DNA of 38,346 nucleotides from a virus. The stretch's first letter is position 1, and each line of letters begins with the position of its first letter. Positions 1 to 8,084 of the stretch are shown one piece after another. A program made the position numbers and the translations under genes. The notes below the pieces were generated by a model. It was not told the origin of the DNA. It searched no databases and saw only the letters and a list, made by a program, of their open reading frames with translations. The DNA lies in IMG/VR virus record IMGVR_UViG_3300045988_086125, positions 1-38,346 of that record. One strand, written 5' to 3'.

Positions 1-55
1 ACTCAGGAATGCTGGCACTGCCCAGCTGTTAGCATAGGTAGGATAACCAGCCCCC
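1..55. repeat. 55-bp terminal direct repeat, identical to 38292..38346 (circular-contig overlap)
   Basis: Read directly: the first 55 bases (actcaggaatgctggc...ggataaccagccccc) recur exactly as the last 55 bases. The repeat lies inside the endolysin reading frame, so the ends join into a 38,291-bp circle. Confidence 0.95.
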
Positions 56-473
56 ACAAGCCACAGGAATTGGAGCAGTTGGCTACTTGCCAAACAGCAC
101 TGAACTGTACATAAATAATTGGATAGACGCCAGTCTGGCTATGTACGTAGTCAACAAACGTCCGACACCAGTTAGCATTACCCCAGCTGGCATTTTGTCC
201 TGCTTCCCAGTCCAAGCCAAGAATTGCTTCACCGATGTAGTTCTTGACATTAGCAATGAAATACTTGGCTTCTTCAACAGGATCACCACCGCTGGCATAG
301 TGATATACGCCTAGCAGTTTGCCTGCGTTTTTAGCTGCTTGGTAATCCGTGTCGCAGAATGGATTGACATAGCCAGTACCTTGCGTAGCCTTTACAATGA
401 CACCTTGTGCATTAGGATCGGTAGCATAGCTACGTGGCGAGCCGGAGTATACATCTACTACTTTAATTGTCAT
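3..473 (-). CDS. endolysin, N-terminal part of the GH25 muramidase domain; frame broken at the C5 run 51..55, TGA at 5..3
   Basis: ATG at 473 follows a GAGAGGTGAT RBS. The product MTIKVVDVYSGS...GVIVKATQGTGYVNP...VYHYA...GLDWE matches the GH25 pattern. The domain continues in the -1 frame across the junction (see 37830..38346). Confidence 0.85.
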   Translation of the reverse strand: MTIKVVDVYSGSPRSYATDPNAQGVIVKATQGTGYVNPFCDTDYQAAKNAGKLLGVYHYASGGDPVEEAKYFIANVKNYIGEAILGLDWEAGQNASWGNANWCRTFVDYVHSQTGVYPIIYVQFSAVWQVANCSNSCGLWGLVILPMLTAGQCQHS

Positions 474-484
474 AATATCACCTC

Positions 485-874
485 TCACTTGCTAAGCACT
501 GGCTGCGTGTCATTTACGTTGTCAGTGTTTTTTTGTTTCTTGTCGCCTAGCCCCGACTTCTCATAAGCTGATTGCACAACCGATTCAGCGTCCTCCGGCG
601 CAATATGATGGCCGGACTTGGCCAGTGACGTCTGTACCATATCAACTGCCTTAGCGTACTTGTCAGCGCCAGATAGGTTGCGACTAGCCATCGTGTTGAC
701 AGCTGCTTCTGATACCTGTTCGGCCAACGTCCAAAGCTGACGCGATTGCTCCGTTTTGGCAGTCTTAGCCTTAGCGGTCAGCAACGGCTTTGCATAGCCC
801 CACAGAAAAGCCACCAGTACGGCCAGTGCGCCAGACTGAATCAGCCATTCAACAATATTATTAACTGTCTTCAT
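485..874 (-). CDS. holin-like protein (LL-H type: one N-terminal TM helix, charged tail)
   Basis: 129 aa. The N-terminal hydrophobic helix is WLIQSGALAVLVAFLWGY. The gene sits directly upstream of the endolysin in the lysis cassette. Confidence 0.6.
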   Translation of the reverse strand: MKTVNNIVEWLIQSGALAVLVAFLWGYAKPLLTAKAKTAKTEQSRQLWTLAEQVSEAAVNTMASRNLSGADKYAKAVDMVQTSLAKSGHHIAPEDAESVVQSAYEKSGLGDKKQKNTDNVNDTQPVLSK

Positions 875-876
875 TG

Positions 877-1290
877 CTATTTGCCTCCTTTGTTCTTAGC
901 GCCAGTGATGGCGTTGTAGTCCGTTGCGTCGTAGTCAGACTGAAGTTTGGCCAGAATTGCTTTGATCTGTGGTGGCAACCACAGTCCCATCTCGCCCCAG
1001 TTTTCCGTGATTGATGTTAAGTAGTTTAAGATAAATCCCCACACCATCGTCTGTGCCAGCCAGGCATAGTCCAGACTGATCAGATACGGATAGATACTGA
1101 TGATGCTAACCAAGACTAATGTATGCTTAATCAGCCCGAAAAGGCCCTTAGTCGAATTCGTTTTGCGGACAAATGCCGATCTAATATATCCAGTAGCTAC
1201 ATCGATGATTACACACCAAGTAAACGCAATGATAAGCGGATCATCAACCATATGCTGCACTTGCCGAAACATTAAAATGTGATATGGCAC
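877..1290 (-). CDS. holin, multi-TM (phage_holin_4 / toxin-secretion holin-like)
   Basis: 137 aa with a GTG start after a GGGGGGAT RBS. It has several hydrophobic helices (LIIAFTWCVIIDVATG, LVLVSIISIYPYLI, MVWGFILNYL) and lies in the lysis cassette. Confidence 0.65.
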   Translation of the reverse strand: MPYHILMFRQVQHMVDDPLIIAFTWCVIIDVATGYIRSAFVRKTNSTKGLFGLIKHTLVLVSIISIYPYLISLDYAWLAQTMVWGFILNYLTSITENWGEMGLWLPPQIKAILAKLQSDYDATDYNAITGAKNKGGK

Positions 1291-1360
1291 CTCAAAATCC
1301 CCCCTTCAAAGCCGCCCCGCATGGTACTGTTGTCTTTCTTTGGCGACAAAAATAAAAAGA

Positions 1361-1495
1361 TTACGCAGCCACGTAATCTTGTCCGGTGATTTCCTTAAAT
1401 TGTTCAGCGGTCAGCCAACCGACAAAAACCGCGTCCTTGCATTGTTGTACCGTGAACAAGCCCATTGGGTAATACATTTTGAAAATAGAATACAT
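1361..1495 (-). CDS. XkdX-family small phage protein (44 aa, below ORF-track cutoff)
   Basis: Hand translation: MYSIFKMYYPMGLFTVQQCKDAVFVGWLTAEQFKEITGQDYVAA. The C-terminal LTAEQFKEITG resembles the XkdX signature. There is a GAGGT RBS upstream. Confidence 0.6.
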   Translation of the reverse strand: MYSIFKMYYPMGLFTVQQCKDAVFVGWLTAEQFKEITGQDYVAA

Positions 1496-1511
1496 AATTT
1501 TTACCTCGCTT

Positions 1512-2030
1512 TTAGTTATTTTTCTTTGCGTTTGCCAAAAGTGCGCCGGTTAGGCTAGCAATCTGCGTGCCTTGTTGCTTGACCGTCATTTGAGTTTGCA
1601 ACAGCTGAGCAGTAAGTGTGCTGATTGTTTGATTAAAGTTGTTCGGCTCTTTGCTGGTGGTTTTATTCAGATCTTCGATTTCTTCTTTGCTAAGCGTTTC
1701 AACCCACTTGTTTTTGGCGACATCAAACTTTGGACGATACATGCCAAGACCGTTTTCGTCAGATGGCTTGACTGTGGTTTCGTTAGCACTTAGAGTTGCG
1801 TTTTTTGTAGCGATTTCCAAGTTGTCCAAATCACCATTGCTATCATAATGATAGATGGTAATCAAATCTGAATTGCTGACCCAGTTTTGGCCGTCCCAAT
1901 AAGAATTGTCGGATTGTGGTGCTACCAATGTTTGACCATCTGTCAACACAGCATTATCACCAACGTTTTCAGCCCCTAAAAACTCGTGCATGCGATTTTT
2001 TGCATTGTAAAGATAAACTACTTTACTCAT
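1512..2030 (-). CDS. hypothetical protein at the tail-fibre/lysis junction, coiled-coil C-terminus
   Basis: 172-aa ORF in the late operon. The C-terminal heptad-like stretch is TISTLTAQLLQTQMTVKQQGTQIASLTGALL. I recognise no family. Confidence 0.55.
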   Translation of the reverse strand: MSKVVYLYNAKNRMHEFLGAENVGDNAVLTDGQTLVAPQSDNSYWDGQNWVSNSDLITIYHYDSNGDLDNLEIATKNATLSANETTVKPSDENGLGMYRPKFDVAKNKWVETLSKEEIEDLNKTTSKEPNNFNQTISTLTAQLLQTQMTVKQQGTQIASLTGALLANAKKNN

Positions 2031-2041
2031 TAAAACACCTC

Positions 2042-2473
2042 CTAGCCAACAATCAGCAACGAAATCATAGCGCTAAATGGGGATAGATCGAAGCTATAAC
2101 CATTTGTCATCGAAATTTTCCCGTTCTCTTGATCGAAACTCAAACCACTAGCGGGGCTGCCATCGATATATCCGGTTTGTGCGAAATACGAACCGAACAA
2201 GTTCTTGATATCGTCTGACACCTTAACAATATCAACCCGCTGTCCTTGTTTAACAGTTGGCGTAGTACACCAACCAGAAAATTCTAGAATTGTCAATCCG
2301 CCCGCTTTATATTTGCGCCAACACAAATTATTTCCACCGAAGCCATTAAGGCTGGTCAGCCCAGCTTTGCTCCACTCAGTACCACTACCACTAGCAGCGT
2401 TCAACTTTTCGAAGTTAGCTTGGATAGCTTCTGGCCCTTTATCCATTCCGCTAAAAATCTTAGTAAGGTCCAT
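2042..2473 (-). CDS. hypothetical baseplate/receptor-binding-region protein
   Basis: 143-aa ORF, tightly packed after the Fn3 module genes. It is Gly/Ser-rich and looks beta-rich. Confidence 0.5.
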   Translation of the reverse strand: MDLTKIFSGMDKGPEAIQANFEKLNAASGSGTEWSKAGLTSLNGFGGNNLCWRKYKAGGLTILEFSGWCTTPTVKQGQRVDIVKVSDDIKNLFGSYFAQTGYIDGSPASGLSFDQENGKISMTNGYSFDLSPFSAMISLLIVG

Positions 2474-2484
2474 TTTTTCACCTC

Positions 2485-2934
2485 TTATTTAAAATAAATA
2501 GCCTTGACGCCATCGAATACGCCAAAGCTACCATCATCTAATTTCTGCATTGTTTGATTGTCGGAAAAGTTGCTGAATTTACTCGTGATTTCTAACGTGC
2601 TAATGCCGTTAGATACACTGACAACTTTAACCGGCAACGTTTGTCGATTACCACCACCAAAGAAACCGCTAGGCTCAGTGCCGATTGGCACGATACCGAG
2701 TGGATACTCCAGATAGATTACGTTGGCAGTTGAACCGACTGTTAAAGTCGTAGGAACACGAATGCGAATGCCTCGTGTCAGTACGCTAATACTTTTTGAT
2801 TCGCTTTCTCGCAAGCCGTTATAAGCCATTACGCTTAAGGTGTACGCAGTGTTAGGCAATAAACCCGTTACCGTATAACTCTTACTACTTGTAGTTGCGA
2901 TTAAAGCGGTGCCGTTGCGTACTCGATACTGCAT
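2485..2934 (-). CDS. baseplate/receptor-binding module: C-terminal two-thirds of an Fn3 domain plus a distal domain
   Basis: The product starts MQYRVRNGTALIATTSSKSYTVTGLLPNTAYTLSVMAYNGLRESESKSISVLT, which matches Fn3 strands C to G. The ATG follows an AGGTGAT RBS. The gene is in the same frame as the upstream gene, separated by one TAA. Confidence 0.65.
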   Translation of the reverse strand: MQYRVRNGTALIATTSSKSYTVTGLLPNTAYTLSVMAYNGLRESESKSISVLTRGIRIRVPTTLTVGSTANVIYLEYPLGIVPIGTEPSGFFGGGNRQTLPVKVVSVSNGISTLEITSKFSNFSDNQTMQKLDDGSFGVFDGVKAIYFK

Positions 2935-2949
2935 GACATCACCTGCTTT

Positions 2950-3459
2950 TTAAGTCCAGCTCAAACCAACGCTGTTAGTTGTTACGTTGCTTGACGTAAG
3001 GTTAGATACGTTGACCAGTGCTTCATAGACCGTGATTGTTACCACGTTTGACGTCTTAGTGCCAATAGTTGCCTTAATCGTGGTTGCACCAGGCGCAATT
3101 GCCTTGATATTGCCAGACTGATCAACCGTTGCAACCGTCGGCGTGGTACTGGTCAGCGTGTAGTCCCCGTCCGTTTCGTTAGTGGGCGTTACCGTTACGC
3201 TGGCCTTAGCCGTACCACCAACTTCAAGCGCAGTCTTATCAATCGCAATCGTGATAGATTGTACTGGAATTTCGCTCGTAGTTACCGTTACGATGTTCGA
3301 CTTGGCACTTTCGCGCAGCCCGTTGTAACTGCTTACGGCAAAACGATAGGTCGTTTTCGCTTGCAGCCCCGTAACCGTGTAGGTTTTCTTGTCAGTAACT
3401 TCCGCAATCTTAGTAAGTTCCCCGTCAGTGTCTGTACCCTGATAAATATAATACTTCAA
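2950..3459 (-). CDS. baseplate decoration/adhesin module: partial Fn3, Big_2 (Ig-like), partial Fn3
   Basis: TTG start 9 nt after an AAGGAGG RBS. KYYIYQGTDTDGELTKIAEVTDKKTYTVTGLQAKTTYRFAVSSYNGLRES matches Fn3 strands C to G. SITIAIDKTALEVGGTAKASVTVTP...ATVDQSGNIKAIAPGATTIKA is Big_2-like. The product ends VSNLTSSNVTTNSVGLSWT, which matches Fn3 strands A and B. Confidence 0.7.
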   Translation of the reverse strand: MKYYIYQGTDTDGELTKIAEVTDKKTYTVTGLQAKTTYRFAVSSYNGLRESAKSNIVTVTTSEIPVQSITIAIDKTALEVGGTAKASVTVTPTNETDGDYTLTSTTPTVATVDQSGNIKAIAPGATTIKATIGTKTSNVVTITVYEALVNVSNLTSSNVTTNSVGLSWT

Positions 3460-3479
3460 TTTAAATATGCCTCCTTAAT

Positions 3480-4841
3480 TTAGTTGCGCCATTCTAGCCG
3501 CTGCGTGTGTTCATCAATATAGATAGCTCGCAGATCATTAGGGCTTGTCGGCTTGCTGAAATAGCCTGAACCGCCTGCAAGGGCGCTCTTACCTTTGCCT
3601 TCTCCAGTTAGTGCCAGTTGTGCGTTAACATTGCCCAGACTGACTTTAATTGTCTTGTAGCCATCGCGAACATACCATGCACCGGCGCTCGATTCAAAGT
3701 TCGGCGCGTCATCTAGGTAGAAATTACGCGGTAACCGAACCTTAATCGTGTTAGCGTCTGGATACGTAGCCATGCAAGGGACTAGCTTTGTGTTAGTTTG
3801 ACCAAAACCGCTTGGGCCACTCCCAAGCCCGTTTGGCTCGGTACCAATTGCATACTCGTAGTACATGACTTTTGGTTCTGGATAATCACCTTGATTGTGT
3901 ACGATTGTGATTTCGTACCCGTAAAGCAAGTCTTCCAGACTATCAGCCGTAACCATGCTTGCGTTACGCTCGGCAACCATGCCATTAGACAGTGCAATGA
4001 CGTTGGTACCGTCTGGGGTTTCGTCCTTATGCTTAACGCGAATTTGCCAAACAGCGCCATGCCCGTCATCGTAGTTATCCCAACCCTTCGTGATTGCAAG
4101 GTCGTTCGCAGCTAATGCAGCATAACTTTGCATGGTCGGGACATCGCTGAATTGCCATGCTCGATCGTGGAACTGAGCTTGTTTCAGCGTTTCTTGGATT
4201 TGTTGCGTCATCTCCAGCAGTTGATTATAGCGAACGTACAACCCATTCTTAGGGTCGTTCACTTCTGCCATTGCGTCGTTCAACGATTGCTTGTACTTAG
4301 CCAACCATTCGCTGAATTCCTGACTGTACGTTTCGCCCGCTTCATTAAGCTTGTCCTTAATCGCGTTGCCTTTATCGGTTACTTGCTCAAGGATTCGTTC
4401 AAACTCTCCGATATAATCTCGGCCGGCATTCCCAACGTGTGCAAAAAACTGGTCATCGATAACATCAAAATCCATGTCAACGGTTGATACCGTTTGACCA
4501 TCTCGCCCGATGAACCGAACAAAAAACTGTTGCCAGTGTCCAGGCACGTTAAATGTGCGCTCGTCAAAGTGTAACGTTACCCGTCCCAATGCGATTTGGT
4601 CGTTGCGATCATTAGCTTCAACATGGTAGATATGCTTGTGAACGTATCCTTGACTGTCGACACCGCCATATTCGTATTTCCAGCCCCGCATATCAACGGG
4701 AAGGCTGTTGCTGGTGATATACACCGGCAAATAATCGTCCGTATCACCTACACGGCCTTTGAAATAGCCGCTAATATCAAGGATTTGGTCTTGATAGCGG
4801 GTTAAATCAAGCGTTAGCCGTGCTTTTTCTCGTAATGCCAT
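3480..4841 (-). CDS. BppU-like baseplate upper protein ending in the first strands of an Fn3 domain
   Basis: 453 aa, located downstream of Tal. The N-terminus (LTLDLTRYQDQILDISGYFKGRVGDTDDYLPVYI) resembles BppU_N/DUF2479. There is a central coiled coil. The C-terminus is PTSPNDLRAIYIDEHTQRLEWRN. Confidence 0.55.
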   Translation of the reverse strand: MALREKARLTLDLTRYQDQILDISGYFKGRVGDTDDYLPVYITSNSLPVDMRGWKYEYGGVDSQGYVHKHIYHVEANDRNDQIALGRVTLHFDERTFNVPGHWQQFFVRFIGRDGQTVSTVDMDFDVIDDQFFAHVGNAGRDYIGEFERILEQVTDKGNAIKDKLNEAGETYSQEFSEWLAKYKQSLNDAMAEVNDPKNGLYVRYNQLLEMTQQIQETLKQAQFHDRAWQFSDVPTMQSYAALAANDLAITKGWDNYDDGHGAVWQIRVKHKDETPDGTNVIALSNGMVAERNASMVTADSLEDLLYGYEITIVHNQGDYPEPKVMYYEYAIGTEPNGLGSGPSGFGQTNTKLVPCMATYPDANTIKVRLPRNFYLDDAPNFESSAGAWYVRDGYKTIKVSLGNVNAQLALTGEGKGKSALAGGSGYFSKPTSPNDLRAIYIDEHTQRLEWRN

Positions 4842-4855
4842 TCATTCACCTTCTT

Positions 4856-5032
4856 TCATCGTTCGTTCAAAGTGTCTTCGTCAAGGCCGTATGAATCCAG
4901 AAAGCCATCGACTTTATCTTGCTTTGCAGCTAACAGCTCAAAGCCCTTTGCGATAGCTTCTCGAACATCTTTCCCATACTGGGCTTTGCGTATCGTTTCC
5001 GCAATGCTTTTCATATCATCGGTAGTTGCCAT
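4856..5032 (-). CDS. small tail-fibre-region protein (58 aa, below ORF-track cutoff)
   Basis: Hand translation: MATTDDMKSIAETIRKAQYGKDVREAIAKGFELLAAKQDKVDGFLDSYGLDEDTLNER. Its ATG overlaps the Tal stop (TAATG). Confidence 0.45.
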   Translation of the reverse strand: MATTDDMKSIAETIRKAQYGKDVREAIAKGFELLAAKQDKVDGFLDSYGLDEDTLNER

Positions 5033-7323
5033 TAGTTAGCTCCCTTCAACTTATCAACTTCAGCTTTCAATTTGTTAAAGTCCGCTTGCGATACATAGCC
5101 CGCCGGTATCTTATTGTTAATGATCGATTGCAATTGTTTCATATCAAACTTAAGCTGCGTTACATCTTCGCTGCTTGCTCCGTTCTGAATAATCGTAGTT
5201 GTGCTTGACATGTTAGATTGACCGCTCGCTTGAACCTCAGCTACACGGCTAACGATAACCTTAACCCGCTCAAAGTCTTGCGCTTGACGGCTCGTTTCTA
5301 GTTGATAATCGGTCAGCCCTAACGACTTATCGCCGATAGTCAGCGTTGACTTGTGCGGTTGCAAGAGGTCAACTTCTTTTTGCACCACTCGCAGCAACTG
5401 TGATTGCGCTACATACGGGTTGATGAACATATACCGATCAGCAACTTTAAAATGGTCAAAGTTAGGCAAATGCAACTCAACGGCGCTGACTTCCCAGCTC
5501 TCTGGCACTCGTTGTGCGTCAATCCATGCTTTCGCTTGGTTCATCAAGTCGTTAGCATCGGTCACTTCGTTGAACTCAATCGTACCGTTGATAATGCCAA
5601 ACTCTTTTTGCAAATCTGGTATATCGATATAGTCTCGCCCTTGATTGACACTAGTAATCGTTAGTTTTGGCCTAGCAGCATTTGAGTTGCTGACCTCTTC
5701 TTTCTTACTTTCGTCTTCGGATTGCGAACCATCACCACCATTTTTGATTAACGCTTGCGGGTCTAACCAAGTGTCATCGTTCGTGAACGACTTCTTGACG
5801 GCTTCATAAAAATCGGCCTTAGTTACGCCAACGTGCAAGTGATCAGTGTTTCGCCAACCGATAACATCACCGGTTTTGACCTTATCACCAATGTTGACGC
5901 GAATCTGATCGGCACTGCTGAACGCCTCTTGATATACGATATTAAAACCGTCCGTACTATGCGTTACAACATAATTGCCAAGCCCGCCCATGTAGCCTTT
6001 GAAAACTACCGTGCCACCGTGAATAGCATGCACTTCACTACCCGGGTGATCTACGGAACCAAAATCTAATCCATCATGAAATGAATTAGGTCTAAAGCCA
6101 CCATCATAGCCGAATTTTTGGGCTTGGCTAAAACTACCTTCGCCAACGCTAGGAAACGGCCAGCCCCAACCATTTGTTGTCGTCGTTGTCGTGGTATCAC
6201 TAACTGGCCCGTTAACTCGACGGGTACCAGTTGGGCTCCAACCACCTGCAACCGAAATATCGGCAAGCCAATTGGAATCGTTGAACAGCGCTAAAAGCTG
6301 GTGAAAGCCCTTATGAATATCTTCATAGCCCTGTACTTTCCACTTGTCGAACGTTTGTTGGATATACTGTAACAGCCCCGTTGACGGGTGGCCCGCCTGA
6401 GCGTTGCTGTCCCAGTTGTTCGTGACGGTTTCGCTACCCCCAGATTCCTGATTGATACGCCTTAGAACAGCGTTCAACCCGTTCTGGTCAAGGTTGACGT
6501 TCATCATCTTCGCAGCATGCTTAATGGCTTCTGTCCAATCGCCATTAATAGCAGTCGTTGCCCCACCGCCAGTCGTTGTTGTTGAGTTTTCGCCGTCAAC
6601 CTCGACTTTTTGGGGTTCTAACTGTTTACCCAATGGGACGAGCCTAGTTATAACCTTTGTGGGGTCAATCGTAAGGCTCGCTGACTTCATGTTAACTGCT
6701 AACTGGATAGGCGTATCGTTCTTGTGATCGTTGCCAATGTCGGTTACATAGTCAAGCATGTTTGGGCCGTCCGGTTTGTACTCTGTTACCAGATAACCGC
6801 CCAGCTCGTTAATCAGCTTGTCTTTGATTGCGTCCCGTGTTTTTGGATAATCAATTTGCCGATAAGCGTCATCTTTATTGTTGGTAACGTTGCAGTTACG
6901 CAGTTTGAACTGCTTATACTGTGGCACTTGGCTATTGTGGACATCAATCAATGATTGAAGAAATTCTTTCGGTGTTAGCCCAACCGCTTCATAGAAACGC
7001 TGACTGCTATCTAGCAGATACGCTTCAATATCTTCGAACGTGTACGTTCTGATGAAGCGCCCGCTTGATTGCATTTCTTTCTTTGGCTTGATTGCTCGGC
7101 CACGAAACAATAGTTTATCGTCATCATAGACTTCAACGTGCGTGTGCATTGGCCTAACGTTGTCAAACAGCAAGTTATCACGGTTTACGGTTAACTCTAG
7201 ATCATCAATATCAGTTTCTTTGATCGTTAACTTGCCTTCGCTGACCGTTCGATTTACTCGCTGATCAAGCACGATAAAGCCGTTCTTATCAGTTGGTTCG
7301 TTATACCCGATAATGCGATACAT
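5032..7323 (-). CDS. tail-associated lysin (Tal) with inserted lytic transglycosylase-like and M23 peptidase domains
   Basis: 763 aa. The N-terminus is prophage-tail-endopeptidase-like. LRRINQESGGSETVTNNWDSNAQAGHPSTGLLQYIQ is SLT-like. HDGLDFG...HAIHGGTV...GDVIGWRNTDHLHVGV is M23-like. Poly-Thr linkers flank the insert. Confidence 0.85.
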   Translation of the reverse strand: MYRIIGYNEPTDKNGFIVLDQRVNRTVSEGKLTIKETDIDDLELTVNRDNLLFDNVRPMHTHVEVYDDDKLLFRGRAIKPKKEMQSSGRFIRTYTFEDIEAYLLDSSQRFYEAVGLTPKEFLQSLIDVHNSQVPQYKQFKLRNCNVTNNKDDAYRQIDYPKTRDAIKDKLINELGGYLVTEYKPDGPNMLDYVTDIGNDHKNDTPIQLAVNMKSASLTIDPTKVITRLVPLGKQLEPQKVEVDGENSTTTTGGGATTAINGDWTEAIKHAAKMMNVNLDQNGLNAVLRRINQESGGSETVTNNWDSNAQAGHPSTGLLQYIQQTFDKWKVQGYEDIHKGFHQLLALFNDSNWLADISVAGGWSPTGTRRVNGPVSDTTTTTTTNGWGWPFPSVGEGSFSQAQKFGYDGGFRPNSFHDGLDFGSVDHPGSEVHAIHGGTVVFKGYMGGLGNYVVTHSTDGFNIVYQEAFSSADQIRVNIGDKVKTGDVIGWRNTDHLHVGVTKADFYEAVKKSFTNDDTWLDPQALIKNGGDGSQSEDESKKEEVSNSNAARPKLTITSVNQGRDYIDIPDLQKEFGIINGTIEFNEVTDANDLMNQAKAWIDAQRVPESWEVSAVELHLPNFDHFKVADRYMFINPYVAQSQLLRVVQKEVDLLQPHKSTLTIGDKSLGLTDYQLETSRQAQDFERVKVIVSRVAEVQASGQSNMSSTTTIIQNGASSEDVTQLKFDMKQLQSIINNKIPAGYVSQADFNKLKAEVDKLKGAN

Positions 7324-8084
7324 TAAACCATCTCCTCACGTTTGAAAACAAACTCAATCGTGCCGTTGCCAGACAAGTTAATTTTGTTGTCGCCTATATC
7401 AAGCACTACTTGCGTTTGCTTGTAGTTGCCATCGTTTAACGACACTTCGCCGAAACTCCCTTTCGCCTTGATGTTCCCTGTTACCACGAATGACGATAGA
7501 ACCGGCCGTGAGCCAATGTTTTTAACATTGACGTCCTGACTACCATTGACGCTGAACTTGACTTGTTGCCATATCCAGTGCGGGAAGAAAACATCGTCCC
7601 AGTAGTCAGCGCCTTCGTTGTGGTTCGTGTAAGCATAGGGATATGCAGTGAACACGATTGACGCTTCTAGCGTTTCATTGTCGCTGCTATCATCAACTTC
7701 AACGCTCTTGCACTTGGCCCACCAGTAGTAAACCGGTTCGTGAGTATCAACCAACTTGCCCCAGTTGTGGGGCATTAGTTGCCGTTTCAGCTCTTGTTCA
7801 AAGCCTTTGCGGTTGTGATACTCTTCGCCGACATATAACAGCTTGTAGGTGATTTCTCGGTTGTTGAAAAACCGTTCGTTATCGATCATCGAAAAATCAT
7901 AGCTACCTTGACGATATGGCACGCTTTCAGTGATTTCTTGTTCTTCCGGTGTCGGTGCCGTTCGCTCGGTCAACCACCAACCAGATTTAATGCTGTCAAA
8001 ATCAGCGAAAGCAAAACCTTCAACGTTCGGCAACGTGTCAACGTCAACTTCGGTTGGCGGTAAATCCCTAAATATGAATTCCAT
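7323..8084 (-). CDS. distal tail protein (Dit)
   Basis: The gene lies between the tape measure and Tal. Its ATG at 8084 overlaps the tape measure stop (TAATG); the ORF track uses an alternative GTG at 8093. About 253 aa, siphovirus tail family-like. Confidence 0.7.
   Translation of the reverse strand: MEFIFRDLPPTEVDVDTLPNVEGFAFADFDSIKSGWWLTERTAPTPEEQEITESVPYRQGSYDFSMIDNERFFNNREITYKLLYVGEEYHNRKGFEQELKRQLMPHNWGKLVDTHEPVYYWWAKCKSVEVDDSSDNETLEASIVFTAYPYAYTNHNEGADYWDDVFFPHWIWQQVKFSVNGSQDVNVKNIGSRPVLSSFVVTGNIKAKGSFGEVSLNDGNYKQTQVVLDIGDNKINLSGNGTIEFVFKREEMV

Noticed and set aside
1-55. Terminal repeat as a genuine phage DTR or cos end
   Set aside because: It lies in the middle of the endolysin coding sequence and has an assembler k-mer-like length. 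The packaging genes indicate headful packaging.
51-57. Programmed -1 ribosomal frameshift or transcriptional slippage joining the two lysin parts
   Set aside because: TTG TGG GGG CTG is not an X_XXY_YYZ heptamer in the zero frame, and a run of five is too short for efficient polymerase slippage. An indel (real or technical) is the simpler explanation.
3457-3482. Junction 1 of the split Fn3 as a sequencing indel
   Set aside because: Stops occur in all three frames between the two coding segments, so no single indel can fuse them. A canonical AAGGAGG RBS is also present.
3782-4487. Overlapping 105-119-aa ORFs on both strands
   Set aside because: They all lie inside the 453-aa BppU-like gene. 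They have no RBS and show shadow-frame composition.
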